This document shows, piece by piece, positions 27,950 through 38,082 of a DNA stretch of 64,000 nucleotides. A program made the position numbers and the translations under genes. Position 1 is the stretch's first letter. Each line of letters starts with the position of its first letter. The DNA comes from Clostridia bacterium (GTDB lineage Bacteria > Bacillota > Clostridia > Saccharofermentanales > Saccharofermentanaceae): NCBI GenBank assembly GCA_024699245.1, contig JAILPW010000047.1:9960-73959 (forward strand). The letters run 5' to 3'. The notes below the pieces were generated by a model. That model was not told the origin of the DNA. It did no database searches and saw only the letters and a list, made by a program, of their open reading frames with translations.

Positions 27950-28954
27950 TTATCCTTTAAGGTATATTACCCACAAAGTGAGGAGTATTATTATCGCACA
28001 AATCAGCGAAAAATTCACCCCCGACATGACTGAAGGCTGGTCAGAGGATTCTTCTCCGTTTATGGAAACATCCGTGTCGTATGAAGCTTTGAAGTCATTC
28101 AGAGTTTTCGCGAAGAAAGCAAGGAGAATGACTCCGACAAGGAATGCCGGCATGGATGAGTAAAAATATGTCGAATCGATGTCGGAATGAACCTGAACCA
28201 TTGTAATATCAACGCTCTTTACGAATCTGCTGAAGAACATATCGGTAAGTCCGCTGCCCAGAAGAGCCACAAAAGGAGCCCAGATGTTTCCGGTCCTGTC
28301 GCGGAGGAAGCAAAGCCAGATGCCGACGATGAATATAGCGAGAAAATCAATAAAGTTCAGGGAAAAAACTGCAAATGAAAGTGCAACGATGATCGTTGCG
28401 ATCTTCTTGTCTTTTTTTCGAAAACATGCCCACATGAGGCCTGTGAAGAAAATAGCTGTTCCAAATGAAGGGATTACTGTTCCGAAAACGTATCCTGCGA
28501 TCTTCTCGACAACGTCGCTAGGCGTGTTTACGAAAAAGAACGAAGGGAAGATAAGACTTCTTCCCAGTCTGAGCCAAAGCCACGTGAAAAGGTTATGTAT
28601 AGGTGTCTTGATAAGAAAGATGCCAATACCCGATATAAATGACAGTAGCATCGGGCCGATACCCGTATAATGACCTACCGAATCGATGATCACGTTAGCT
28701 TTGTTCTTCTTTTTCTCTATGAAAAGGATCGCTGCAGGAGCTACGAGAGCGAGAGCGACCAATAAAGGCATAGTAAGGGCATATCCCATAAGTGAAGTGA
28801 AAGATAACGGAAACTCATGACTTATCGCTATGCTTCTTAAGATATAGACTATCAGCAGTCCCAGAGAACAAAGGAAAAGAGAATATCCCCAGTTGATCGT
28901 TACAGGAAAGCCGAAGTGATGTTTGATTACCTTGAAAATCTTCTTTAATGTCAT
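27950..28954 (-). CDS. CPBP (CAAX-protease-like) fold membrane protein lacking catalytic residues
   Basis: CPBP-like pattern (TGNIWAP) but TAIFFTG, FAVFS and ALLGS stand at the EExxxR, FxxxH and HxxxN positions. Confidence 0.6.
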   Translation of the reverse strand: MTLKKIFKVIKHHFGFPVTINWGYSLFLCSLGLLIVYILRSIAISHEFPLSFTSLMGYALTMPLLVALALVAPAAILFIEKKKNKANVIIDSVGHYTGIGPMLLSFISGIGIFLIKTPIHNLFTWLWLRLGRSLIFPSFFFVNTPSDVVEKIAGYVFGTVIPSFGTAIFFTGLMWACFRKKDKKIATIIVALSFAVFSLNFIDFLAIFIVGIWLCFLRDRTGNIWAPFVALLGSGLTDMFFSRFVKSVDITMVQVHSDIDSTYFYSSMPAFLVGVILLAFFAKTLNDFKASYDTDVSINGEESSDQPSVMSGVNFSLICAIIILLTLWVIYLKG

Positions 28955-28968
28955 GTCGGATCCCTCTA

Positions 28969-29853
28969 TCAGAAGTAAACTCCGAATGTGACCATATACT
29001 GGAAAAGAACATGATAGAATACCGGCTCAAGAGCGAGGAATACGCCTGTTCCAATAGCGATGAACGGTCCGAAAGCCAGGTAATCGGGATCTTCGGCATA
29101 GTGCATCTCTTCTTTCTTGAGTTTGAGTTCCATTTTGGCTACGATCGGATTCTCATGATTTTCGATATATTCTCTTTCTTCCTTAAGACGCTTTTGCTTT
29201 CTGACAAGAAGAGGGATCGCGAAAAGAACTCCGATGATAACGGAGACATATACCAGGACTACAAGACCGTAAAGGCCCGTGCACATTCCGCATGCAGCGA
29301 GAAGCTTCATGTCGCCTTGTCCCATTGCTTCTTTTGATGTGATCATCTCACCGATAAATCCGATAAGGAAGATGACTCCTCCGCCGACAATAGCTCCGCC
29401 GAGCCTGTTTACGAGCGGTGCGAACCAAGGTGCTTCAATAGTGAACCACATTGTTCCTTCAAGATAATCTGAAGCCAAAAGTATGAATCCGAATATGAGG
29501 ATAAGGATCCAGAACTGATCAGGAATGATCCTGTTAAGCTTGTCGGAAATAAGGACAAGGAAGAGAACAGGAACTATAACGACGATGGCGATGATATGTA
29601 TAGGCATCACCATATCTACAAGGTCAGGGAAGAATATTACCGAAGCAACATAAAAAACTGCACAAAAAAGCCCTGCAAATATACCGTGAGGAACGATCTT
29701 CATTCTCTTTGCAGGCCTGTGATTAGGGGCTTTCGGGTCATAATCGTAATCCTGCAACCACGCCTCGGGAATATGCTTGAACAAGAACGTCAAAAATAAT
29801 CCTATAAGAATACCCAGAACAGCAGCAATTATTGCCGAAATAACCGTGACCAT
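28969..29853 (-). CDS. Prepilin peptidase (A24) family
   Basis: ISD...IIPD, MGQGDMKL, AFGPFIAIG. Confidence 0.85.
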   Translation of the reverse strand: MVTVISAIIAAVLGILIGLFLTFLFKHIPEAWLQDYDYDPKAPNHRPAKRMKIVPHGIFAGLFCAVFYVASVIFFPDLVDMVMPIHIIAIVVIVPVLFLVLISDKLNRIIPDQFWILILIFGFILLASDYLEGTMWFTIEAPWFAPLVNRLGGAIVGGGVIFLIGFIGEMITSKEAMGQGDMKLLAACGMCTGLYGLVVLVYVSVIIGVLFAIPLLVRKQKRLKEEREYIENHENPIVAKMELKLKKEEMHYAEDPDYLAFGPFIAIGTGVFLALEPVFYHVLFQYMVTFGVYF

Positions 29854-30036
29854 TAAGCCCTCCGAAATGTTTTCTATTGCTTATAAAAGTTTAATATATA
29901 AGCATTAAATATTCAACGTCGGATAATTTTGGCATTTTGTATATAAAAAATTTACGTCCCGGTTTTCTGCGTATGTTAAAATCATCTTGGTGTAAAAGTT
30001 TTATGTGAGGGGGGGAGACGTTTAACGTCGACTATT

Positions 30037-32424
30037 ATGGCAAAAAAAGTTACAACTAAGATGCTTACGGACAGAATTGACGCTCATGTCAGAGCCGAGA
30101 CAGGCTTTACGTCCGAGAAGGCCACAGCAAGAGACTTTTGGACAGCCCTTTCGAAGAGCGTTGTTGAATTGATCTCAGACAACTGGGAAGAGACCCGCGT
30201 AGCATACAGCAAGGAAAGACAAGCTTACTATCTTTCAGCTGAGTTCCTTGAGGGCAGATCTCTTCTGAACAACCTCGTTAACCTCGGAATCTACGATGAA
30301 GCTAAGGAAGCAATGGCATCCTTCGGCTACAATCTTACTGATATCCTTGAAGAAGAGACAGATCCGGCACTCGGAAACGGCGGCCTCGGCAGACTTGCAG
30401 CTTGTTTCCTTGATTCCTGTGCTACACTGAATCTTCCTGTAACAGGTTACGGAATCATGTACCGTTACGGTCTTTTCCGTCAGTCTATCGAAAACGGTTT
30501 CCAGAAGGAGCATCCGGACAGCTGGATGGAAAGAGGTTATCCGTTTACATTGCAGCGTTTCCAGGAGCGTGTAAAAGTTCATTACAACGATATGGACGTA
30601 TGGGCAGTTCCTTGTGACCTTCCTATCACAGGTTACGGCACAAAGAATATCAACCTCCTGCGCTTGTGGAAGGCTGAGCCTGCAGAGGAATTCGACTTCA
30701 ATCTCTTCAATTCACAGAGATTTGATGATGCCGTTATCCAGAGAAACCGTGTAAACGATATCTGGCGTGTTCTTTATCCGAACGACACATCTTACGACGG
30801 TAAGGTCCTTCGTGTAAGACAGCAGTACTTCTTCGTTTCCGCTTCTTTGCAGGATATCGTCAGAAGATATAAAAAGATTCACGGCGACGATCTTAAGGAT
30901 TTCGCTAAGTACAATACTATCCAGCTCAACGATACACACCCTGTTATCGGTATTCCGGAGCTCATGCGTATTCTCGTTGACGAGAACGGCATCCGCTGGG
31001 AAGATGCATGGGAGATCGTTAAGGAGACATTTGCTTATACGAACCACACCATCATGGCTGAGGCTCTCGAGAAGTGGGATATCTCCATCTTCAGATATCT
31101 CTTCCCGCGTATCTTCGAGATCGTTGAAGGTATCAACAATCAGTTCAGAGCTCAGATGTACGAGGCGGGAGTTTATTCCGAGCTTATCGACCGTATGAGC
31201 ATGCTCGCTGACGGTAAGGTACAGATGGCATGGCTTGCTATCTACGGATCACATTCCGTAAACGGCGTTGCTGCACTTCATACTGAGATCCTTAAGAACG
31301 AGACACTCAAGGAATGGTACAACATCTATCCTGAGAAGTTCTCCAACAAGACAAACGGCGTTACTCCTAGAAGATGGCTTCGTATGTGTAACCCTGAGCT
31401 CTCTGCTCTCTTTACGGAGCTTTTAGGAAACGATAAGTGGATCACACATCTCGAGGATCTTAAGAAGCTCGAGAAGTATAAGGACGACAAGACTGTCATG
31501 AAGCGTCTTATCGCTATCAAGAAGTCCAACAAGAAGGCTTACGCTGATTTCCTTAAGACAACAGCAGGAATCGAGCTCAATCCTAATTCCGTATTTGACG
31601 TGCAGATCAAGCGTCTCCACGAATATAAGAGACAGCTCCTCAATGCTCTTTATGCATTGAATCTCTACGACAGGATCAAGGAAGACCCTAAGCTCGCACT
31701 TCCGCCTGTAACCATCATCTTCGGTGCTAAGGCAGCTCCGGGTTACTTTAGAGCTAAGGCCATAATCAAGTTCATCAACGAGATCGCTAAGCTCATCGAC
31801 AGCGATCCTGACATGAAGGGCAGACTCAAGGTCGTATTCATCGAGAACTACAACGTATCCAACGGTGAGCGTCTGTTCCCGGCATCAGATATCTCCGAGC
31901 AGATCTCTACAGCAGGTCTTGAGGCTTCCGGTACGGGTAACATGAAGTTCATGATGAATGGTGCTCTTACACTCGGTACACTTGACGGTGCTAACGTTGA
32001 GATCGCTGAGGCTGTAGGTAACGACAATATCTACATCTTCGGTTGCCGCGCAGGTGATATGGCAGCTACGAAGGCTTATTACAATCCTAAGTGGCAGTAT
32101 GAGAATATCCCGGGCCTTAAGAAGGCTTTGGATCGTCTCATCGACGGTTCCTTCGACGATGAGGGAACAGGAATGTTCAGAGACCTCTATAACGGCATCA
32201 TATACGGCGACAACTGGCAGCCTGGTGACACATATTATGTATTGGGTGACTTCGATGACTACAGAAAGACTCGTGACAGGATCTACATGGATTACAAGAA
32301 CGAGATGAAGTGGGCTAAGAAGGCATGGATCAACATCTGCAATTCCGGCAGATTCTCTTCTGACCGTACCATCAGTGAGTACGCTAAGGAGATCTGGAAG
32401 ATCAAGGCTTGCAAGATCAAGTAA
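30037..32424 (+). CDS. glgP: Glycogen/maltodextrin phosphorylase
   Basis: LGNGGLGRLAACF, QLNDTHP, YTNHT, IKRLHEYKRQ, EASGTGNMKF. Confidence 0.97.
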   Translation: MAKKVTTKMLTDRIDAHVRAETGFTSEKATARDFWTALSKSVVELISDNWEETRVAYSKERQAYYLSAEFLEGRSLLNNLVNLGIYDEAKEAMASFGYNLTDILEEETDPALGNGGLGRLAACFLDSCATLNLPVTGYGIMYRYGLFRQSIENGFQKEHPDSWMERGYPFTLQRFQERVKVHYNDMDVWAVPCDLPITGYGTKNINLLRLWKAEPAEEFDFNLFNSQRFDDAVIQRNRVNDIWRVLYPNDTSYDGKVLRVRQQYFFVSASLQDIVRRYKKIHGDDLKDFAKYNTIQLNDTHPVIGIPELMRILVDENGIRWEDAWEIVKETFAYTNHTIMAEALEKWDISIFRYLFPRIFEIVEGINNQFRAQMYEAGVYSELIDRMSMLADGKVQMAWLAIYGSHSVNGVAALHTEILKNETLKEWYNIYPEKFSNKTNGVTPRRWLRMCNPELSALFTELLGNDKWITHLEDLKKLEKYKDDKTVMKRLIAIKKSNKKAYADFLKTTAGIELNPNSVFDVQIKRLHEYKRQLLNALYALNLYDRIKEDPKLALPPVTIIFGAKAAPGYFRAKAIIKFINEIAKLIDSDPDMKGRLKVVFIENYNVSNGERLFPASDISEQISTAGLEASGTGNMKFMMNGALTLGTLDGANVEIAEAVGNDNIYIFGCRAGDMAATKAYYNPKWQYENIPGLKKALDRLIDGSFDDEGTGMFRDLYNGIIYGDNWQPGDTYYVLGDFDDYRKTRDRIYMDYKNEMKWAKKAWINICNSGRFSSDRTISEYAKEIWKIKACKIK

Positions 32425-32440
32425 TTTAGTTTCGCTTAAT

Positions 32441-32476
32441 ATCCCGGATCGCCTTTTAAGGCATCCGGGATTTTTT
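32441..32476 (+). terminator. Intrinsic terminator after glgP
   Basis: ATCCCGGATcGCC-tttta-aGGCATCCGGGAT-TTTTT. Confidence 0.88.
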
Positions 32477-32525
32477 ATGCTCGAAAACCCTTGCAAGCGT
32501 AACGTTTCGCGGATTATATGTACAA

Positions 32526-32710
32526 AAAAGCCTGTTCGGGAACCCTGAAGATTTAGACTAAATGTCAAAATGATTTATATTGTTGAGTCGAATCTGTTAG
32601 GTTATCATCTTATTGTCTGTGAAAGATCGTAACCGTTCTTTTCACGGTTCATAAGTTTTTTGCCCAAAGATTTATGTGTAATTGGCCATCCTTGCCGGAC
32701 GGCCTTTTTT
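32526..32710 (+). ncRNA. Candidate ~180-nt small RNA
   Basis: TTGCAA -35-like box at 32491 with an imperfect -10; no credible ORF; several hairpins; + strand terminator GGCCATCC-ttgcc-GGACGGCC-TTTTTT. Confidence 0.35.
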
Positions 32711-32715
32711 CTTGC

Positions 32716-33603
32716 TTATTTTTCGAGCTCTATAACTGAGATCTCAGGTTTGGCCAAGAACCTGAAAGGGATCAGCACGCAGCCCAGTCCGCGACTGATA
32801 AAGAACGTGATCCCGCCTCCGTCAAATACACCGTCGATGACTTTCCTTCTCGGAAGTTTGTCCTTTCTTATCGCGTTGATCTCGATCCTGAACGGAAAGC
32901 AGAACTGACCGCCGTGGATGTGACCGGAGATCATATGATCTATGTTATCGAGCTGCTTTCTTTCTGCTGCTTCGATAAGCCAGTCAGGGTTATGGGATAC
33001 CAAAAGATGAGTCATTCCTTTTGTATCTGTTACCGGATTATCATCCCAGATCCTGTTAAATTTGCCGGTGTCGTTAACGCCTGAGATAAGGACATCTTTT
33101 ACGATTGCGGTTGTCTTTCGAAGATCCGTAAAAAGTGCCTCTTTCATCTGTTCTTCAGACAGGTAGATATCATGATTGCCGTTTACTCCGAGAAACGGGA
33201 TATTAAGTTCATCACATGTCCTTTTAACGGCATTAAGATATGAGATCCCTTTTCTATACGTCAGAGGATCATTACAGATATCGCCGCCAAATATGACCGC
33301 ATCGACATTTGCCTTTTTTATGGTGTCGATAACTCTTTCCACCGGAATAAAACAGTACTCGGCATGAAGGTCCGAGAAAAATAAGATCTTGGTATTTTTA
33401 CTGTCTTTTACAGTCGACGGATCGAAGTTTTTTTCGAACGCATCATTCTGCTTTTTGATGACACTGAGATCGTTCTTTTTCGACTTTGAACGTCTGAGAA
33501 AAACATGGCTTATACAGAGCATTCTTGCCTCTATGGAAGAGTACACCGTGATGGCAATGTACGCCAAAAATAATAATATGATTATTATAATAAAAAATCG
33601 CAT
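32716..33603 (-). CDS. Calcineurin-like metallophosphoesterase (YkuE-like)
   Basis: FSDLH, GGD, GNHD, SHNPD, SGHIHGGQ, SRGLG. Confidence 0.92.
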   Translation of the reverse strand: MRFFIIIIILLFLAYIAITVYSSIEARMLCISHVFLRRSKSKKNDLSVIKKQNDAFEKNFDPSTVKDSKNTKILFFSDLHAEYCFIPVERVIDTIKKANVDAVIFGGDICNDPLTYRKGISYLNAVKRTCDELNIPFLGVNGNHDIYLSEEQMKEALFTDLRKTTAIVKDVLISGVNDTGKFNRIWDDNPVTDTKGMTHLLVSHNPDWLIEAAERKQLDNIDHMISGHIHGGQFCFPFRIEINAIRKDKLPRRKVIDGVFDGGGITFFISRGLGCVLIPFRFLAKPEISVIELEK

Positions 33604-33692
33604 GATATATTTACCTTTGTTTTTCTTGTGTTATAATCTTCACATATTTATAAAAATAGTCAATTGTATCTTTTACTATGGAGGATATTCAA

Positions 33693-33935
33693 ATGCCAAA
33701 GACAGAAATCAAATCCGAGATCGTTAAGAACATCGGAATCCTTGCTACCAACAAATCCGGTTGGAACAGAGAAGTAAATATCGTTAAGTGGAACGAAGGT
33801 AAAGCTAAGCTCGATATTCGCGACTGGGGCCCGGACCACGAGAAGGTAGGTAAGGGACTTTCACTCAACGCAGAGGAAGTTGCTGTTCTTAAGGAACTTC
33901 TCGCAGACTATGATCCATACGAGTTTGAGGAATAA
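33693..33935 (+). CDS. YdbC / PC4-like ssDNA-binding protein
   Basis: GWNREVNIVKWN, DIRDW, KGLSL; start ATG 33693 behind GGAGG. Confidence 0.9.
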   Translation: MPKTEIKSEIVKNIGILATNKSGWNREVNIVKWNEGKAKLDIRDWGPDHEKVGKGLSLNAEEVAVLKELLADYDPYEFEE

Positions 33936-33938
33936 TAG

Positions 33939-34574
33939 TTGAGAAGCGAAGAGCGTTCCGGAATTATTACTATAGTTTTGATCTTATTATGGGGGACTCT
34001 GGCGACAGAGCCCTTCCGTTATTTTGCGGGAATTACGGGAAAAGGAATAGGCCTTGTTCTTTCCAAGGCTGGCGTCGTTTCAGGCGGCAAGATCTGTGTT
34101 CTTGTTACTTCTGCCGTTATCGTCGCTTTGACCGTCGGTCTTTTGTTTTTATCGAAAAAGGAATTCGGCAAATACATTGCTCCGATCGCGGTCAGCATCG
34201 ACCTTTTGGTATTCCTTATCGGGTGCCTCAGGAGCGGAAACGTAAACATCAAGGTGTCAGTTATCCTGATCGTTTCCGTGGTCATCGTTCTTCTGATCTA
34301 CATCTTGAAACTCGAGACAGTTTGGATATGGCTTTCGGATGCCTTTATCCTTTCTTTTCCGGTATTTCTGGTTTCTTCCTGGCTCTTTGTTCCGATATCA
34401 AAGATCTCGGCCAAGGTCGGGAAATTCTTCTTCATTGCTTTTAAGAGCACCGAAGATTACGCTGCAGCATTTAAGGGATTGTTTTCGATACCTAAGATCA
34501 TATGGGGAATATTCTTTGTGATCCTTTTGATGCTTCCGGTCCTTTACTTCATTCCTGAAAGGAGAAAAGCCTGA
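33939..34574 (+). CDS. Hypothetical membrane protein
   Basis: Hydrophobic 211-aa ORF tightly coupled to neighbours. Confidence 0.75.
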   Translation: MRSEERSGIITIVLILLWGTLATEPFRYFAGITGKGIGLVLSKAGVVSGGKICVLVTSAVIVALTVGLLFLSKKEFGKYIAPIAVSIDLLVFLIGCLRSGNVNIKVSVILIVSVVIVLLIYILKLETVWIWLSDAFILSFPVFLVSSWLFVPISKISAKVGKFFFIAFKSTEDYAAAFKGLFSIPKIIWGIFFVILLMLPVLYFIPERRKA

Positions 34575-36598
34575 TGGACGGACAACTTTCATTGTTTGAC
34601 AACAACGACGATCAGATCGTTTCCGAATATAAGGAACTTATCAAGACGCTGAATTATCACTGTGAGCGATACTATAACGACGACGAGCCTGAGATCTCGG
34701 ATGCCGAGTATGATGCGCTCAACAGAAGGCTTAAGCAGATCGAGAAAGAGAACCCTTCGATAGTTTCCAAGGATTCTCCTTCTTTCCGTGTCGGATGGAA
34801 GGCTGAAAAGGGCGTACTCGTTAAGCATAATGTTCCGATGTTAAGCCTTCAGGATGTTTTCTCGAGGGAAGAAGTGGATGAATTCATCGACAGCACAAAG
34901 GAAGCGTTGGGACCGGATACCGAGTTCCTGGTAGAGACCAAGATCGACGGTCTTTCCATGGCTTTGCGCTATGAGAACGGAGACCTTACCCTGGCTGTTA
35001 CCAGAGGCGACGGAATAAATGAAGGTGAGGACGTTACGATGAACGCGAAGGTCATCAAGGACGTCGTCAAGAAGATGCCTTATCCGGTGGATTATATCGA
35101 GATCAGAGGCGAGGTCTATATGACCAGGGAAGCTTTCGACAAGGTTAATCAGAAGGCTGAGGAAGAAGGCAAGAAGACTTTTGCAAATCCCCGTAACTGC
35201 GCTGCGGGAACTCTTCGTCAGATCGATACCAGGATCACGAAGGACAGAGACCTCTCGCTTTTCATCTTTAACGTTCAGGAGACCCGCGGGATTACATTTA
35301 ACACACATCTCGAAGGTTATGAATATCTTAAGAAGAACGGCGTGACAGTGATCGATCACCATTATCTCTGTAAGACCAAAGATGAGGTATGGGACGCGAT
35401 ACAAAAGATCGGAAATATGCGCGGCGGACTGCCTTACGACATCGATGGAGCAGTAGTCAAGCTTAACAGCATCAAGGACAGGGAAAAGCTCGGAAATACT
35501 ATCAAGGTTCCGAGATGGGCCATCGCTTATAAGTATCCGCCTGAAGAAAAGGAGAGCCGTCTTATCGATATCGAGACAGGTCTCGGAAGAACGGGAAGGA
35601 TAACTCCTGTCGCCGTATTTGAGCCGATCACTTTGTGCGGTACGACAGTTCAGAGAGCTACGCTCCATAACCAGGATTTTATCGATGATCTTGATCTGGG
35701 AATCGGCGATACCGTGGTTGTTTATAAGTCAGGAGAGATCATCCCTAAGATCAAATCGGTTAATAAGGCTAAAAGACCTTTCGACTGGGTCAAATATCAT
35801 CTTCCGGATGTTTGTCCTGTCTGTGGTCATAAGCTGAGCAGAGAAGAAAACACGGCAGATTACAAGTGTACGAACATAAGCTGTAAGGGACAGCTCGCAT
35901 TCAGGATCATCAACTTTGTATCCAGAGATTGTCTCGATATCAAGGGCTTCGGTGAAGAGTACATAAGAGACCTGGTCGAGAGAGGATATCTTAGTAATAT
36001 CGCGGATGTTTTCGAGCTGAAGAATATGAGGGATAAACTTCTTGAAGATAAGATATTCGGTCTTGAGAAGAATACGGATAAGATCTTGTTGCAGATCGAA
36101 GCAGCCAAGGAGGCTCCGGCAGAAAAAGTTCTCGCGGGACTTGGAATTCCGAATGTCGGAAAGGCAACGGCCAAGGAACTTTTGAGAAACTTTGATTCCA
36201 TAGACGATATCATGGGGGCATCCATCGAGGATCTTACTGCGGTAGGAGATATCGGAGAGATATCGGCGCTCGCGATAAAGAACTTTTTCGAAGATGAAGA
36301 AAACAGAAAGATAATCGATAAGCTCAGACAAGAAGGCTTAAACTTCGTTAAGGATAAAACTGAGACGGGAGATAAGCTTCAGGGCTTGAGCATCTGCATA
36401 ACGGGTACTCTTCCGACCATGAGCAGGGACGAGGCGTCAGCTCTGATCGAGAAGAACGGCGGCAAGGTCGTAAGCAGCGTGTCCAAGAAGACATCCATGC
36501 TTCTTGAGGGCGAAGCGGCCGGCAGCAAAGCCGTTAAGGCTCGTGAATTGGGCATCAGGATCATAACCGAATCCGAGTTACTGTCGATGCTCGAATAA
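34574..36598 (+). CDS. ligA: NAD-dependent DNA ligase
   Basis: KIDG, RGEVY, NPRN, DGAVVK, GRTG, Zn finger, BRCT. Confidence 0.98.
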   Translation: MDGQLSLFDNNDDQIVSEYKELIKTLNYHCERYYNDDEPEISDAEYDALNRRLKQIEKENPSIVSKDSPSFRVGWKAEKGVLVKHNVPMLSLQDVFSREEVDEFIDSTKEALGPDTEFLVETKIDGLSMALRYENGDLTLAVTRGDGINEGEDVTMNAKVIKDVVKKMPYPVDYIEIRGEVYMTREAFDKVNQKAEEEGKKTFANPRNCAAGTLRQIDTRITKDRDLSLFIFNVQETRGITFNTHLEGYEYLKKNGVTVIDHHYLCKTKDEVWDAIQKIGNMRGGLPYDIDGAVVKLNSIKDREKLGNTIKVPRWAIAYKYPPEEKESRLIDIETGLGRTGRITPVAVFEPITLCGTTVQRATLHNQDFIDDLDLGIGDTVVVYKSGEIIPKIKSVNKAKRPFDWVKYHLPDVCPVCGHKLSREENTADYKCTNISCKGQLAFRIINFVSRDCLDIKGFGEEYIRDLVERGYLSNIADVFELKNMRDKLLEDKIFGLEKNTDKILLQIEAAKEAPAEKVLAGLGIPNVGKATAKELLRNFDSIDDIMGASIEDLTAVGDIGEISALAIKNFFEDEENRKIIDKLRQEGLNFVKDKTETGDKLQGLSICITGTLPTMSRDEASALIEKNGGKVVSSVSKKTSMLLEGEAAGSKAVKARELGIRIITESELLSMLE

Positions 36599-36630
36599 TG
36601 CTATAATGAAGAAAATACAGAGGTGTTACT

Positions 36631-37224
36631 ATGAATAAAGCGATTCTTAAATCTCAGATCAGAGAAAACGTTAGAAAACAGAGGATGCAGCTTACCAAAA
36701 AGCAGATCGAGGATGCTGCTAAGGTGCTCGCGGAGCATGTCATAAATGACGGTGATCCTCAGCTTGTCGAGGAGATCGCTAAGGCTGACACGATTGCTTT
36801 ATACAGGTCCGTTAACGGTGAACTGTCCTGTGATGCCATTACTGAGCACTTTGTTAAGGCCGGAAAGACAATATGTTTCCCGCGTGTAAAGGGTGATACG
36901 ATGGACTTCTATGAGATCAAGGATCTTGAAGCTGATTTCTCTCTCGGAAGTTATGATATTCCTGAGCCTAAAAAGGATATGAGGAAGGTCTATCCGAATG
37001 ATATCGACCTTATCTTTGTGCCTGCAGTTGCGTATACTCAGGATGGCGCGAGACTCGGTCAGGGCGGCGGATATTATGACAGATATCTGAATCAGTTCGG
37101 AGCCGGCAAAAAACCTGTTACAGTAGGGATCTGCTACGATTTCCAGGTTTATTCCGCACTTCCTGTCGAAAGCCATGATTATATGGTCGATTATGTGCTC
37201 GTAGTATCGAGTGAGGAGCTGTAA
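36631..37224 (+). CDS. 5-formyltetrahydrofolate cyclo-ligase
   Basis: IPEP, IFVPAVAY, RLGQGGGYYDRYL, HD..VD. Confidence 0.94.
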   Translation: MNKAILKSQIRENVRKQRMQLTKKQIEDAAKVLAEHVINDGDPQLVEEIAKADTIALYRSVNGELSCDAITEHFVKAGKTICFPRVKGDTMDFYEIKDLEADFSLGSYDIPEPKKDMRKVYPNDIDLIFVPAVAYTQDGARLGQGGGYYDRYLNQFGAGKKPVTVGICYDFQVYSALPVESHDYMVDYVLVVSSEEL

Positions 37225-37640
37225 TGAAGTATTTCATTTTCTGTCTTATATTACATATTCTTGTGATGCTCGTGTTTATCGTCGTTACGCTTCTTTTTTC
37301 GGAAAGAAACAGGAAGAGAAAGACTAAGCACGGCTTCATGTTTTTTGCACCGGTTTTCTTCGCGGTCATAACCATTGCCTATGCGATCATTTTTGCGATG
37401 CCGGTACTGATGGACATCAAGAACGTTTCAAGCGGCAAATACCAGTCTTACACGGGTTATGTCGAGGAGATCGGACAGACGAAAACATGTGTTACGATCG
37501 ACGGTACGAAGTTTATGATCAATCCGACGGCTCCGATGCCTGAGATAGGCGAGTATGTAAAGATCAGATATGCGGGTTCATCAAAGTTGATAATGGAGAT
37601 GGAAGCGGCTCAGGATACGACATTCGAGCTCGTTGAATGA
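37224..37640 (+). CDS. Hypothetical protein, two N-terminal TM segments
   Basis: 138-aa ORF overlapping the upstream stop. Confidence 0.75.
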   Translation: MKYFIFCLILHILVMLVFIVVTLLFSERNRKRKTKHGFMFFAPVFFAVITIAYAIIFAMPVLMDIKNVSSGKYQSYTGYVEEIGQTKTCVTIDGTKFMINPTAPMPEIGEYVKIRYAGSSKLIMEMEAAQDTTFELVE

Positions 37641-37661
37641 CAGATCGGAAATGAAAATTAA

Positions 37662-37694
37662 AAGGGGATGTTTTCCATTGGAAATCATCCCCTT
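37662..37694. terminator. Hairpin between convergent genes (likely bidirectional terminator)
   Basis: AAGGGGATG...CATCCCCTT inverted repeat. Confidence 0.7.
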
Positions 37695-37719
37695 GATCTT
37701 TTAACCTTATCGGTACCGA

Positions 37720-37923
37720 TCAACCTACAGACTGCATATAATTATTGAGTTCCTCAACCAAAGAATCGCAATCTATACCGTGAACGACACAAGCTTCCTC
37801 AATAGTCTCGCCTGATGCTAAAACGCAGCCCAAACAGTGGAGACCAGCTGACATAAGGATAGGAGCGACACCCTCATCTACCATGAGAAGATCGCCGATG
37901 ATCATGTCTTTTTTTACTACCAT
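37720..37923 (-). CDS. DUF1858 domain protein
   Basis: GLHCLGC..ASGETIEEAC.VHGID. Confidence 0.9.
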   Translation of the reverse strand: MVVKKDMIIGDLLMVDEGVAPILMSAGLHCLGCVLASGETIEEACVVHGIDCDSLVEELNNYMQSVG

Positions 37924-38020
37924 TGGAAGTCACCTCCTTGTACGCATATAGCATACATAAAAGGTTTTGTGTTATCAAGCGACAAAATTGGTTTTTTTCT
38001 GGGCAAATAGGCAAAAATGC

Positions 38021-38049
38021 TTGACAGTATTGCGTTTTCATTTCATAAT
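38021..38049 (+). promoter_or_regulatory. sigmaA promoter of hup
   Basis: TTGACA-17 bp-CATAAT. Confidence 0.75.
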
Positions 38050-38082
38050 GATATTGCAAAATTGCCCTGAAGGAGGCTTATT

